A DNA stretch of 64,000 bases from an uncultured Syntrophomonadaceae bacterium (lineage in GTDB: Bacteria; Bacillota; Dethiobacteria; DTU022), in the NCBI GenBank assembly GCA_964492615.1, contig CAZBKZ010000007.1:1883-65882 (forward strand), read 5' to 3'. The translations under genes were made by a program, and so were the position numbers. Below are positions 38,826-48,359 of this stretch, piece after piece. Positions within the stretch are counted from its first letter, which is position 1, and every line of letters begins with the position of its first letter. The notes beneath the pieces were generated by a model. The model worked only from the letters and a program-made list of their open reading frames with translations, was not told where the DNA came from and ran no database searches.

Positions 38826-41264
38826 ATGACAAAGCATGCGTTGACGGTCAAATTGGTGCTGTCGAGAACGCATTTTTTGATTTTGTTCCTCCTTGCCCTG
38901 CTCCTAATGCCAGCTGTGGTTTTTGCTGAAGGCGATGCTGTTCCGGAAGCAGGTGACAGCAGCACGCAGAGTGAAATAGAGAGCTATGGTGAAACTTCCA
39001 CAGCCGGCGGTTTTGACAGCCCCGTTGATGCTGACCAAAACGACACTTTTAATATTGATAACCCTGAACCTTCTACAACCGAAACTGATTGCAGCCCGGC
39101 AGCTTCTGACCCGGGTGACACTTTTGATACTGACAGCCCGGAAACCACTTTTTTAGAAGAAACGCCCCCGCTTGACAGCGATACTACAAGTTCAGAAGAC
39201 TCTATTGCACCCAACCTTGACAGAGAGCAAAATTCTGCTGGGCAAAACAGTTCCGGTAACTCCTACATCGCAGAAGTAACCTCAGACTTAATAGTGGCAA
39301 CAGGCAAAGATGAAACAGCCTTCACAATGCAGTTTACCGAAGTTGGCCACCACACCCCACTTGGTTCAGTAGAACTGACCCTGCCAGAGAATTTTTCCAA
39401 CATGGACCTGGTAGATGGCTCAATTACCACGCCAGAGGATAAAAACTGGTTTGGCAGTGTCGTTGACCTGGTCTTAAAGCTCTGGGCCGCAGATGAAAGC
39501 AGCTACCTGGGCTACGGCGAGACGGTTTCCGTTACCTTCACTGCCACAACGCCGGAAACACCAACAGGATATACATTTGCCACTAAAGCCTGGACTGATA
39601 ACAGTGCCGGTGATTGTATTGACGGCTTCGGCAATGTTACAAACCGCAATAACATGGCTGAAGGGCACAGTGATCCGCTGGTGTGGATTCTGCACAAGAA
39701 CAGCCCGACGCAAATATCAACAGCCGCTATGCTTAATGGAGCCGTTCGAGCTGACCTTGCCGGCAACTTCATCCAAACAGCGCATATCGATCTGAGCAGC
39801 TATTCCAACTGGGAGCCAATTGGGACCACTGGTAATAGTTTCACCGGCAGCTACGACGGAAATGGTTATACAATCAGCAACCTCACCATTAATCGGCCTG
39901 ATGAAGATAACATCGGTCTTTTCGGTCATATTAGCGGAGGAGCCACTTTAAATAATATCAGCCTGTTGGATGTTACTGTAACCGGCAAGGCAAAAGTTGG
40001 TGGACTGGTCGGGCTTAACTACATGGGCACAATCACCGACTGCTACGCTACTGGCTCTGTAACCGGCAATGAACAAGTTGGCGGACTGGTCGGAAGTGAC
40101 TTAGGCAATATGACTAACAGCTACGCCACGGGTAATGTTGTGGGCAATAATACGGTCGGCGGGCTGGTTGGGCATGTCGGCATGGGCGCAATCACCACCT
40201 GCTACGCTACTGGCTCTGTAACCGGAACCGGAACAAATGTCGGCGGACTGGTCGGGTTGAATTATGGAATAGTCACCAACAGCTACGCCACCGGCCTTGT
40301 AACCGGGAGCGGTAATAATGCTATGGTCGGCGGTTTGGTCGGACATAACTCCCATGGCACTATCAGCAATAGCTACGCCACCGGGGCTGTAAACGGAACC
40401 GGAACCGGAGCTATGGTCGGCGGTTTGGTCGGACGCAACACCCTTGAAACAGGAACCGGCACGGTCAGCAACAGCTACGCCACCGGCCTCGTAACCGGAA
40501 CCGGAGCCGGAGCCATGGTTGGCGGTTTGGTCGGACATAAACTTAGTGGCACTATCACCAACAGCTACTGGAACACTGATTCTTTCGCGGGTTCCGGGAT
40601 TGGTAGCGGTTCTGAAGATGATGACAGTGTGGAAGGCAAAAGCACAGGCGAACTGCAAACTATCAGCTTTCATCAAAACACTCTCGAATGGAACATCGCC
40701 GGTGTTGACGGTTCCTACCCGGTGCTGGGCTGGCAGGTCAACTGGACAAATAACATCTGGTACATGGGCACCCCGCCCAGCAACAACAGCGGTGGTAACA
40801 GTGAACCGGTCTCTGTTGACGGAGGTTCCAATATTTTCTCTTTCCCTGTCCCATTGCCCACCTTACCAGCTGGTAACCTGACCAACATCCCCGGGCCAAC
40901 GGCTAATGCAATTATTACCCCAGCCTTCGTCACCGGCGGCAGCGCGACAGACCTGGTTAAAGCTATCGCAGCCTACAACCAGGCTAAGCAGAGCTATGAA
41001 GCTAACTATGGCAGCATGAACGCTGCAGAAATTGCTGTGGCCGAAGTTGAACTGGCCATTGCAAATGCAGCGATAATGGCTCTGGAGTTCAAGCTTGCTG
41101 CCGATAACGGACAGGCCATTGATCTTGCCGCTCTGGTGGCCGCTTACAATGCGGCCAGGGAGATGCTTAACAACTACCGCGGCCTGCTGACAGCAGATCA
41201 GTTTGCCGCTGCAGAAGCCCTGCTTAAGGCCATCACTGCGGTAATTGTCAAGTTTAGAACCTGA
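38826..41264 (+). CDS. Secreted/surface protein with GLUG-motif repeats
   Basis: Signal peptide ending 'VFA', acidic S/T-rich region, 'WEPIG..F.G.YDGNG', seven GGLVG...YATG repeats; GGAGG RBS. Confidence 0.85.
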   Translation: MTKHALTVKLVLSRTHFLILFLLALLLMPAVVFAEGDAVPEAGDSSTQSEIESYGETSTAGGFDSPVDADQNDTFNIDNPEPSTTETDCSPAASDPGDTFDTDSPETTFLEETPPLDSDTTSSEDSIAPNLDREQNSAGQNSSGNSYIAEVTSDLIVATGKDETAFTMQFTEVGHHTPLGSVELTLPENFSNMDLVDGSITTPEDKNWFGSVVDLVLKLWAADESSYLGYGETVSVTFTATTPETPTGYTFATKAWTDNSAGDCIDGFGNVTNRNNMAEGHSDPLVWILHKNSPTQISTAAMLNGAVRADLAGNFIQTAHIDLSSYSNWEPIGTTGNSFTGSYDGNGYTISNLTINRPDEDNIGLFGHISGGATLNNISLLDVTVTGKAKVGGLVGLNYMGTITDCYATGSVTGNEQVGGLVGSDLGNMTNSYATGNVVGNNTVGGLVGHVGMGAITTCYATGSVTGTGTNVGGLVGLNYGIVTNSYATGLVTGSGNNAMVGGLVGHNSHGTISNSYATGAVNGTGTGAMVGGLVGRNTLETGTGTVSNSYATGLVTGTGAGAMVGGLVGHKLSGTITNSYWNTDSFAGSGIGSGSEDDDSVEGKSTGELQTISFHQNTLEWNIAGVDGSYPVLGWQVNWTNNIWYMGTPPSNNSGGNSEPVSVDGGSNIFSFPVPLPTLPAGNLTNIPGPTANAIITPAFVTGGSATDLVKAIAAYNQAKQSYEANYGSMNAAEIAVAEVELAIANAAIMALEFKLAADNGQAIDLAALVAAYNAAREMLNNYRGLLTADQFAAAEALLKAITAVIVKFRT
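39990..40570 (+). repeat. Intragenic tandem repeats encoding GLUG units
   Basis: Recurring 'gctacgc(c/t)ac(c/t)gg...gtaaccgg...gtcggcgg..tggtcgg' blocks. Confidence 0.8.
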
Positions 41265-41319
41265 TCTTAAAAAATCGCAAGCTCTTTCAACAAGTATTTG
41301 CACCGCCTTACTTATTTCA

Positions 41320-41352
41320 AAAAGCGGTTCCCGGAAACGGGGCCGCCTTTTT
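41320..41352 (+). terminator. Rho-independent terminator after the GLUG protein gene
   Basis: GCGGTTCCCG-GAAA-CGGGGCCGC followed by Ts. Confidence 0.7.
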
Positions 41353-41406
41353 CATTGAATTAGTATACTATCGCTATATAGGTTAAAAAAAAAAGGTAAG
41401 AAATAG

Positions 41407-41568
41407 CATGAGAATTGTCAAACTTTCGGACATGCCGCTATCTCAGTTAAGAAAAAACTCATAAGAACCTTCGTTAAAAGTATGATCCTTGACCCTAAAA
41501 AGCAAGAAGTCAGGGTTACTTACTACCCTGACTTAGTGCAAACTATTGGTGTCGGGAGGGGGACTTGA
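41407..41568 (+). pseudogene. C-terminal remnant of a probable large serine recombinase, reading into the tRNA 3' end
   Basis: Start-less frame 'VKKKLIRTFVKSMILDPKKQEVRVTYYPDLVQTIGVGRGT*' resembles recombinase C-termini. Confidence 0.5.
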
Positions 41569-41631
41569 ACCCCCATGGTTATTACCACACGGCCCTCAAC
41601 CGTGCGCGTCTGCCAATTCCGCCACCCCGAC
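41547..41631 (-). tRNA. tRNA-Leu(GAG)
   Basis: GTCGGGG/TCCCGAC acceptor stem, encoded CCA, D-arm GGCGGAATTGGCAGACGC, anticodon arm CACGG-TTGAGGG-CCGTG, long variable arm, GGTTCAAGTCC. Confidence 0.96.
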
Positions 41632-41652
41632 ATGCTTAAATTGTTCATTAAG

Positions 41653-41681
41653 ATTATAAGGGTTTGGTGTAGTGCAGTCAA
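41653..41681 (-). promoter_or_regulatory. Sigma-A promoter for tRNA-Leu
   Basis: TTGACT-17 nt-TATAAT. Confidence 0.8.
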
Positions 41682-41710
41682 GATTAATCGATTAAAAGAT
41701 TGTGTTTCTG

Positions 41711-41854
41711 CTATTTAAGCTCTCTTTTAAGGTAATGCCAACACCAGCTTACAGCTACCAGTTCCCAGCCTTCACGGCCCAGTTCATTTAACTGACTAGT
41801 TGTGGTTTCGCCGAACCCCCATATAAAAACACATTTGTGTTCAAACTTTTTCAT
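41711..41854 (-). CDS. Small DUF4177-like protein (47 aa), missed by the ORF track
   Basis: MKKFEHKCVFIWGFGETTTSQLNELGREGWELVAVSWCWHYLKRELK; 'LN..G.EGWELV' signature; AGGGGG RBS. Confidence 0.75.
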   Translation of the reverse strand: MKKFEHKCVFIWGFGETTTSQLNELGREGWELVAVSWCWHYLKRELK

Positions 41855-42085
41855 TCATCATCAACCCCCTTGTCAAAATGTGCTTTATTTACTGCCTGTA
41901 TGAGATTTTTCATTTAAATTTACTATAATTCTGCTTAATTAGCAATAGAAATCCTTCAACCTGATCCTGTTTTGCCCAATCAGTTGGAGGGTTTTTCTTT
42001 ATTTAGGCGAAGTGATATGCTGATATTGTTAATCAGCTGGCTGAGACCGGACAGCCTGCAAGAAAAACTTGCTGGAGGTGTAATC

Positions 42086-43999
42086 ATGGACAGGAAAGAA
42101 GAATACAGGAAGCTGCTGACCATCCCTGATGAGATCAGGGATTATAAAAAGTTAACCCTGTCCGGAAATGAATATATTTCAATACCCGAGGTTGACCGGG
42201 CCGGGGGAATAGATTCCGTGAATGTGCTGCGCCTGGACTACCGGGGCCTGCTTGAGTTTCGCGGCGGGGAAAGCAACCGCCTGATCTTGCCTACAGTAAA
42301 AATTAACGGGCAAGAAATAAACCTGGAGGAAAATACCTCCTGGCATTACGAGCTGGACTGGATACCTTCTTTTAAAGCCGGCAACAGTGAAAAATGCATT
42401 ATCAAGGGAGAAATTATAACACCTCCCGAATGCAGAGGTTTTCTATATTGCCTGCAACTGGAAAATTGCAGCGATGCTACTATTGAGATTGAAGCGGGAT
42501 GGAAAGGAAGCTGGGAGAGTTTTAATTATATTGTTTTCAAGCGTCGCGAGGTGGACGGCAAACGCAGGGTTAATCTTGATCAATGGACAAGAAGCCTGGT
42601 TCTTGAAGGAACGGCAGGTCTGCCCCTGGCCGCCCTGGCCCTTGCTGTCGACCGGGATGGAAGCTGGGAACATGATCAGGGTAGCTGCTCTTACAGCTTC
42701 AGCTCTCAATCCAGCCTGGCCCCGGGAGAGAGTTATGAGATATGCCTGTATGCCGCCGTGAACCTTGAAGGTGACGGAGCTGGAACCACCAATATAGATT
42801 TACGCCGCCAGGGCGCGGAAGTATTAAAGAAACAGGCTGTGGAATGGCTGGAACAACACCGGGTTAAAGAGATGGAAGATCAGTTTTCATCCCTGTTCCA
42901 CAGAAACCTTTTCTTTTCTTACTTTTATGCAGTCGGCCGCTGCCTGGAAAGCGAAAATCTTGTTGCCTTAACCTCGAGAAGTCCCCGTTATTACGTCAGT
43001 GCCGCTTTTTGGAGTCGCGACACTTTGCTCTGGAGTTTCCCGGCAATTCTAATGACAGACCAGGCCCGGGGACGCGAACTGCTGATGACAATATTCGAAA
43101 GACATATTGATAATGCAGGTGACCATGCCCACTATATAAACGGCACTTTACTCTACCCCGGTTTCGAGCTGGACCAGCTTGCCGCATATATTCTGTCCCT
43201 TTCTCATTATTTGGAAGCTACAAAGGATTACAGTATTCTCAACGAGGAAATTATTTATGATGGTTTAACCTTTTTGGCGGAAAAGGCCCTGGATAGATTC
43301 GACCCGGAGGTCGGCCTTTACAGCACCTTTCTTGATCCTTCTGATGATCCCGTCTTTTTCCCTTTCCTTACCTACAACAACGCTCTGCTGCAGAGAGCTT
43401 TCAGCTTTCTCGGAGATCTGCAGAGCGACGGCCGCTGGCACTACAAGGGAGACTTTACCATCCTGGCCCGGGAGTTGACTTACGCGATATACGAACACTG
43501 CACTGTCAAGGGCCCTGTGGGAACCATGTTTGCCTGGTCAGTTGACGGCAGGGGACGCTTTTTCATTTACGACAACCCGCCCGGCAGCCTGCAGCTGCTG
43601 GCGCATTATGGTTTTTGCTCGAAAGATGACTCAGTTTACCGTAACACCGTGCGCTGGGTAAGGTCAAAAAACAACCGTTACTTTAACACCGGGGCAAATT
43701 TCGAGGAAGCCGGGTCTATTCATTCAGCCAGATCCTGGCCGATGGGCGCCTGCAATGACCTGCTGTCCTGCAATGCCGGGGCGCTGGATTTTCTGGGCCG
43801 CGCTGAAATGGATAATGGCTTTTTCTGCGAAACTGTTTATCCTGATACCGGCCTGGTTTCAACCGGGGCAGCTTTCGCCTCGGGGGCGGGCTTTTTAGCT
43901 TACTCCCTGCTTAACAAGCAGCAGGAATCATCCTTGTGCTCCACTGATGAACAGGCAGATGAGCTACCGCCGATGCCTGAAGGAGCTGATGAAGAATGA
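42086..43999 (+). CDS. Six-hairpin glycoside hydrolase (GH125-like)
   Basis: WSRD, FELDQL, PSDD, YDN.PGSL motifs; GGAGGTG RBS before ATG 42086. Confidence 0.65.
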   Translation: MDRKEEYRKLLTIPDEIRDYKKLTLSGNEYISIPEVDRAGGIDSVNVLRLDYRGLLEFRGGESNRLILPTVKINGQEINLEENTSWHYELDWIPSFKAGNSEKCIIKGEIITPPECRGFLYCLQLENCSDATIEIEAGWKGSWESFNYIVFKRREVDGKRRVNLDQWTRSLVLEGTAGLPLAALALAVDRDGSWEHDQGSCSYSFSSQSSLAPGESYEICLYAAVNLEGDGAGTTNIDLRRQGAEVLKKQAVEWLEQHRVKEMEDQFSSLFHRNLFFSYFYAVGRCLESENLVALTSRSPRYYVSAAFWSRDTLLWSFPAILMTDQARGRELLMTIFERHIDNAGDHAHYINGTLLYPGFELDQLAAYILSLSHYLEATKDYSILNEEIIYDGLTFLAEKALDRFDPEVGLYSTFLDPSDDPVFFPFLTYNNALLQRAFSFLGDLQSDGRWHYKGDFTILARELTYAIYEHCTVKGPVGTMFAWSVDGRGRFFIYDNPPGSLQLLAHYGFCSKDDSVYRNTVRWVRSKNNRYFNTGANFEEAGSIHSARSWPMGACNDLLSCNAGALDFLGRAEMDNGFFCETVYPDTGLVSTGAAFASGAGFLAYSLLNKQQESSLCSTDEQADELPPMPEGADEE

Positions 44000-45336
44000 A
44001 CAAAGTAAAACAGCTGCCCCTGTGGGGTAAAATTGCCTATGGCGCCGGAGCCGGTGGATACAGTTTGATCGACAGGGTGCTGATCACCTGGCTATTTTAC
44101 TTTTACATAACCAGTCCGCTGGAGGGGGTGGATGCCCTAATGCCTCCTTTCCTCTTCGGTATGATCATGTTTTTCGGCAGGGTTGTTGATGCCGTGGCCG
44201 ATCCGCTTATAGCCCGCTGGTCGGATAACCACCGGGGCCGCCTGGGGCGAAGAATTCCTTTTATGCTGTTCAGCAGTTTTGCTTATGCTGCTGTCTTTAT
44301 CCTGCTCTTCTACCCGCCTGTAGCTGCCATATCTCCCTTAAACAGCCTTTATGTTGCCGTAATGCTGGGGCTTTATTTTGTCCTGTTCACAGCTTATGTT
44401 TGCCCCCACCTGGCTCTGCTGCCCGAGTTGGCCCGCAGCAACCGGGACAGGATCGATCTCTCCACCTTCAGGGCAGTTTTCAGCCTGCTGGGGGTGGGAG
44501 CAGCCCTGATAGGAGCTGGCATACTGATCGGCAAGCTCGGTTTTCATGGCATGGTCTGGTCCATGGCTGCTGTTGGCCTGGTTTTGCTCTGCGTACCTTT
44601 GTTAATCAGGGAGAAAAAATATGCAGAAGCTGAACCGGCAACCCTCGGCCTGATCGAAGCTATAACCACAACTTTTAAAAATCGAGCATTTTTGATTTAC
44701 CTGATCGGCAATGTCACCTTCTGGCTCGGGTTTAACATTGTAACCTTAAATATTCCCCTCTATGTGACAATTCTGCTGCGGGGTACAGAGGACGACACCT
44801 CGATCTATTTTGGAATTGCTTTTGTGGTGGCCCTGCTGTTCTTCCCCGTGGTGAATATACTTTCCAAGAAAATCGGTTTAAAAGTAATGATGATGTTTGC
44901 CCTAATCGCTTTCATGGCTCTTCTGCCCCTCTATTTCTTCCTTGGCCAACCGCTTCCCGGCTTAAGCCCGGAAGTGTTCGCCTATCTTCTTTTAGCCCTG
45001 ACCGGCCTGCCGCTGGCGGTAATTTTTATCGTGCCTGATGCTATTGTGGCGGCTGTTTCGGACCTGGAGGTTAAACTATCCGGACAGAAGCGGGAGGCAA
45101 TGTATTTTGGGGCCCAGGGCTTTATTCTTAAGCTGGCAATGGGTTTGTCAACCCTGATTACAGGAGCTCTGCTTCAGCTTTTCGGCAGCACGATAACCGC
45201 ACCGCTCGGCATTCAGCTGACCGGTCCGGTATCAGCTCTATTTATCCTTATTGGTGTTCTGGTATTTGCCCGCTATCCGGAAGAAGAGGTTATGTCTTAC
45301 CAGCGGGATAAGGTAAATCAAAACAGCGAGGTGTAA
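43996..45336 (+). CDS. MFS transporter, GPH/MelB family
   Basis: DAVADP...SD..R.RLGRR.PF, ALLPEL, REAMYFG. Confidence 0.85.
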   Translation: MNKVKQLPLWGKIAYGAGAGGYSLIDRVLITWLFYFYITSPLEGVDALMPPFLFGMIMFFGRVVDAVADPLIARWSDNHRGRLGRRIPFMLFSSFAYAAVFILLFYPPVAAISPLNSLYVAVMLGLYFVLFTAYVCPHLALLPELARSNRDRIDLSTFRAVFSLLGVGAALIGAGILIGKLGFHGMVWSMAAVGLVLLCVPLLIREKKYAEAEPATLGLIEAITTTFKNRAFLIYLIGNVTFWLGFNIVTLNIPLYVTILLRGTEDDTSIYFGIAFVVALLFFPVVNILSKKIGLKVMMMFALIAFMALLPLYFFLGQPLPGLSPEVFAYLLLALTGLPLAVIFIVPDAIVAAVSDLEVKLSGQKREAMYFGAQGFILKLAMGLSTLITGALLQLFGSTITAPLGIQLTGPVSALFILIGVLVFARYPEEEVMSYQRDKVNQNSEV

Positions 45337-45339
45337 ATA

Positions 45340-45816
45340 ATGTCTGACAGTCCGGCCCTGGAGAGGGCAAAAAAATATCTGGATAAGCACAACCTCGGGC
45401 TTTTACCCCGGGAACATGAACAAACTACTAAAACAGCGGTTGAGGCGGCTGAAGCGCTCGGAGTAGAAGTGGGGCAGATCGCTAAAACCATTCTCTTCAA
45501 GGCGAAAGAATGTTACGGCCTGTTTGTCGCTGCCGGCGATATAACCATAGACAGTAAAAAGGTTAAACATCTGCTGGGAGGCGGCAAGATCCGCATCGCC
45601 AGGCCGGATGAGGTTGAAGAAAAAACGGGCTACCGTGTCGGTGGAGTCTGTCCTTTTGATATCGACCCGGAGATTCCAATCTTCCTGGACAACTCGATGA
45701 AACGTTTCGACAAAGTATACAGTGCAGCCGGTTCGAGTCACTCATTCCTGCCGATTACCCTGGAGCAGCTGAAACAGGTGACCGGCGGAGAAATTGTTGA
45801 CCTGCAGAAAGATTAA
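45340..45816 (+). CDS. YbaK/EbsC family aminoacyl-tRNA deacylase
   Basis: IAKTI, TGYRVGGVCPF, SAAGS. Confidence 0.88.
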   Translation: MSDSPALERAKKYLDKHNLGLLPREHEQTTKTAVEAAEALGVEVGQIAKTILFKAKECYGLFVAAGDITIDSKKVKHLLGGGKIRIARPDEVEEKTGYRVGGVCPFDIDPEIPIFLDNSMKRFDKVYSAAGSSHSFLPITLEQLKQVTGGEIVDLQKD

Positions 45817-46859
45817 AGCAGACGGTAAGCTTCGTTAAGGGTCTTCAGGATAGCAGGGTTTTTGTCGCGCCAGGGATGTTCGCTGCGCAAATCCTGCAGA
45901 GCTTCCAGGTTCAGGTCAGCCACTGCAATTGCATCCCCGCAGGGGTTCTCTGTTTCGGCTAAAACACCGCTGTGGTCAGAGGTTAGCTCCAGGGGGGCAA
46001 AGATACCTGCCTTTCCGGTAAAGGTGAATCCGGCGGCATTGCCAACCAGGGCGCTCTTAACTCCGTAGAGAGCGCTTTCCTGCACCCGGGGCCAGATACC
46101 GCGCAGAGCCAGCCAGTAGTTATATTCTTCCAGGTTAGCTATCGGCAGGAGAGCAATATCCACACCGTCAGCCTCAAGAAGACGAAATGTTTCAAAATAG
46201 GTTGCGTCCATGCAGACCGGCATGGCCAGGGTGCCAAATCCGGTATTAAAATGCCTGAAGCAGTTCCCCTTCTTCATTTTCCATTCCACTTCCATCGGCA
46301 GCAGGTGAACCTTATCCTGGCTGCCAAGCAGTTTTCCTCCGGGGCCGTAAAGGAAAGAACGATTTACCAGATCCTTTCCATCAGCAAGGGGATAGCTGCC
46401 GGCCATAATATAAATTCCGTATGCGGAAGCCAGCCTGGAAAATAAAGTATCGATGAAGGGCATTACAGCAGGGGTCATAAAGTTAAAAATGTCAGCCGGA
46501 CTGATTGCAGGCTTCTCAGCAGAGGAGTTTGGCGTGTTCAGCCCATTATCCATTTGATCTACTCCCGGAAGCAGGCCAAAGAGCGGCAGGCTGTTATACT
46601 CGGGAAAGACCACGATCTGTGCTCCCAGCCGGTGCGCTTCCTTAACTCTTTCGTGCGCACGGGCGGCATAGTGAAGAGGGTTTTTATAAAGCTCCAGTTT
46701 TACCTGCAGGGCTGCAACCCTGATTTTTCTTTTATCCGCAACCATGGGCGCAATGTTACATGGCAGTTCACCCTTCAGAAAACGTCTGAGGCGGGCCGGG
46801 CGAAACAGCCAGACCAGGTAACGCTGAAATAGTTTTTCTTTTAAACGGTCGAGTAACAT
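45813..46859 (-). CDS. Carbon-nitrogen hydrolase (nitrilase superfamily), intact triad
   Basis: FPE, QDKVHL, VCMD (Glu-Lys-Cys). Confidence 0.85.
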   Translation of the reverse strand: MLLDRLKEKLFQRYLVWLFRPARLRRFLKGELPCNIAPMVADKRKIRVAALQVKLELYKNPLHYAARAHERVKEAHRLGAQIVVFPEYNSLPLFGLLPGVDQMDNGLNTPNSSAEKPAISPADIFNFMTPAVMPFIDTLFSRLASAYGIYIMAGSYPLADGKDLVNRSFLYGPGGKLLGSQDKVHLLPMEVEWKMKKGNCFRHFNTGFGTLAMPVCMDATYFETFRLLEADGVDIALLPIANLEEYNYWLALRGIWPRVQESALYGVKSALVGNAAGFTFTGKAGIFAPLELTSDHSGVLAETENPCGDAIAVADLNLEALQDLRSEHPWRDKNPAILKTLNEAYRLL

Positions 46860-46881
46860 GTTTTCTCCCAGTCTTTCCTCT

Positions 46882-47733
46882 TTAAGAGTGTTCTAAAGCG
46901 CCATAAGCATGGGGATTGAGCAGCCCGAGCAGGGGATAGCGCTTTTTCAGGGCCTGCCGCGCAGCTTCATTAATATTCCCAGCAGCGTATGGATCTCCCG
47001 GGTAGCGGCGGCAAAGGTAACCGCTCTTATCCTGGGTAATTTCACAGGGTCCGTGTATTATGGGTGCCGCGGCAAAAATACGGCCAGCCATACTGGCGCA
47101 GAGAGGGGCTTCAACAGCCCAGAACTGGTTCTGCTGAACCTGGGCCCAGATACCGGCCGCCTGGGACCAGCAGTTAACCCCGGCATCAAGAGCGCCGCAG
47201 TGCAGCACAAGATCGGCTCCCTGCAGGGCCAGCAGGCGCCCCGTTTCAGGGTGACGGGCATCGCAGCCGATTAAGAGACCTACCTTAAGCTCTCCCACCT
47301 TAAAAAGCTTCAGTTCCTCACCCCTCGAAAAACCTAATTCTCTCTCCTCCCGGTTGAGGTGGGTCTGTCGCTGCACAGCAATAACCCTGCCTTCGGGGTT
47401 AAAACAGCAAGCGCAGTGATAAATATTTTGGTTACATACTTCCAGGTAAGTTCCGGGAACCAAGTACAGGCCTAGTTCTGCGGCAAGTTCTGAATGGAGA
47501 CTGAGAAATTCTTCATTCCACTGTTCCAGCCGAGGCGGCATTTCATTCAGCAGATCGCAGAAAGCAGGCGATTCATCATACCGGCCGGATGAAAAAGCGA
47601 GCAGCAGCGAACTATAGGCCGGGAGTACGGCCAGGTCTGCTTCAGTTTCAAGGAGAGTTTTTTTCAGGCTAAGACAATATTCAGCGGGGGATGACAGATT
47701 TATTCCACTTAAAGTGAGGGCTGCTAAACGCAA
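46882..47733 (-). CDS. Carbon-nitrogen hydrolase-fold protein with degenerate triad
   Basis: LPA, QRQTHL, IGCD at triad positions; TTG start at 47733 after AGGAAGTG. Confidence 0.7.
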   Translation of the reverse strand: MRLAALTLSGINLSSPAEYCLSLKKTLLETEADLAVLPAYSSLLLAFSSGRYDESPAFCDLLNEMPPRLEQWNEEFLSLHSELAAELGLYLVPGTYLEVCNQNIYHCACCFNPEGRVIAVQRQTHLNREERELGFSRGEELKLFKVGELKVGLLIGCDARHPETGRLLALQGADLVLHCGALDAGVNCWSQAAGIWAQVQQNQFWAVEAPLCASMAGRIFAAAPIIHGPCEITQDKSGYLCRRYPGDPYAAGNINEAARQALKKRYPLLGLLNPHAYGALEHS

Positions 47734-47749
47734 ACTGCTTTCACTTCCT

Positions 47750-48355
47750 TTAATAGCTGCCTGCAAACAATTTGTCCCAGAATTGATCCACCTGGGCAGC
47801 GGTCTGGGCCAGGGGGCCGCTGTTGTCAATGATCACCGCGGCATCCTTTTTCTTTTCTTCGATAGACATCTGGGCCTTAATCCGCTTTTCGGCATCAGCC
47901 CTGCTGAGCTGATCACGCATCATCAGGCGTTCAACCTGGACCTGGCGGGGCACGTAAACCAGTAAAACAAGGTCGACCATTTTCTGCATACCGGCCTCGA
48001 TCAATAGCGGAATATCATAAATGAGGATGCCCTCCGGATCTTTTTCCCTGATTTCTTCGGCCAGAGTTAAAAATCGCCGGCCAACCCAGGGGTGAACGAT
48101 TTTATTCAGTTTGTCGAGCATACGGCGGTCGTTAAAAACAATATTGCCCAGCTTAAGGCGATCGATGCTGCGGTCGGGAAGTAGAATTGTTTCACCGAGC
48201 CATTTAACTATTTCCCGCCAGGCGGGTTGATCCGGTTCAACCGCTTCCCTGGCCAGACGGTCGGCATCGAGCAGGTGAGCTCCCTTCGCTTCCAGCATTT
48301 TGGCTACTGTGCTTTTCCCTGAGGCGATACCCCCGGTTAAACCAATTATACGCAT
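47750..48355 (-). CDS. coaE: Dephospho-CoA kinase
   Basis: GLTGGIASGKST, DAD, IVHP, IPLLIE. Confidence 0.95.
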   Translation of the reverse strand: MRIIGLTGGIASGKSTVAKMLEAKGAHLLDADRLAREAVEPDQPAWREIVKWLGETILLPDRSIDRLKLGNIVFNDRRMLDKLNKIVHPWVGRRFLTLAEEIREKDPEGILIYDIPLLIEAGMQKMVDLVLLVYVPRQVQVERLMMRDQLSRADAEKRIKAQMSIEEKKKDAAVIIDNSGPLAQTAAQVDQFWDKLFAGSY

Positions 48356-48359
48356 CTGG

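Noticed and set aside
38627-38929. 100-aa ORF upstream of the GLUG gene
   Set aside because: Overlaps the riboswitch and the real CDS in another frame; no RBS or recognisable motif
39990-40570. Repeats as a CRISPR array
   Set aside because: Degenerate, codon-phased repeats inside a CDS; no unique spacers and no cas genes
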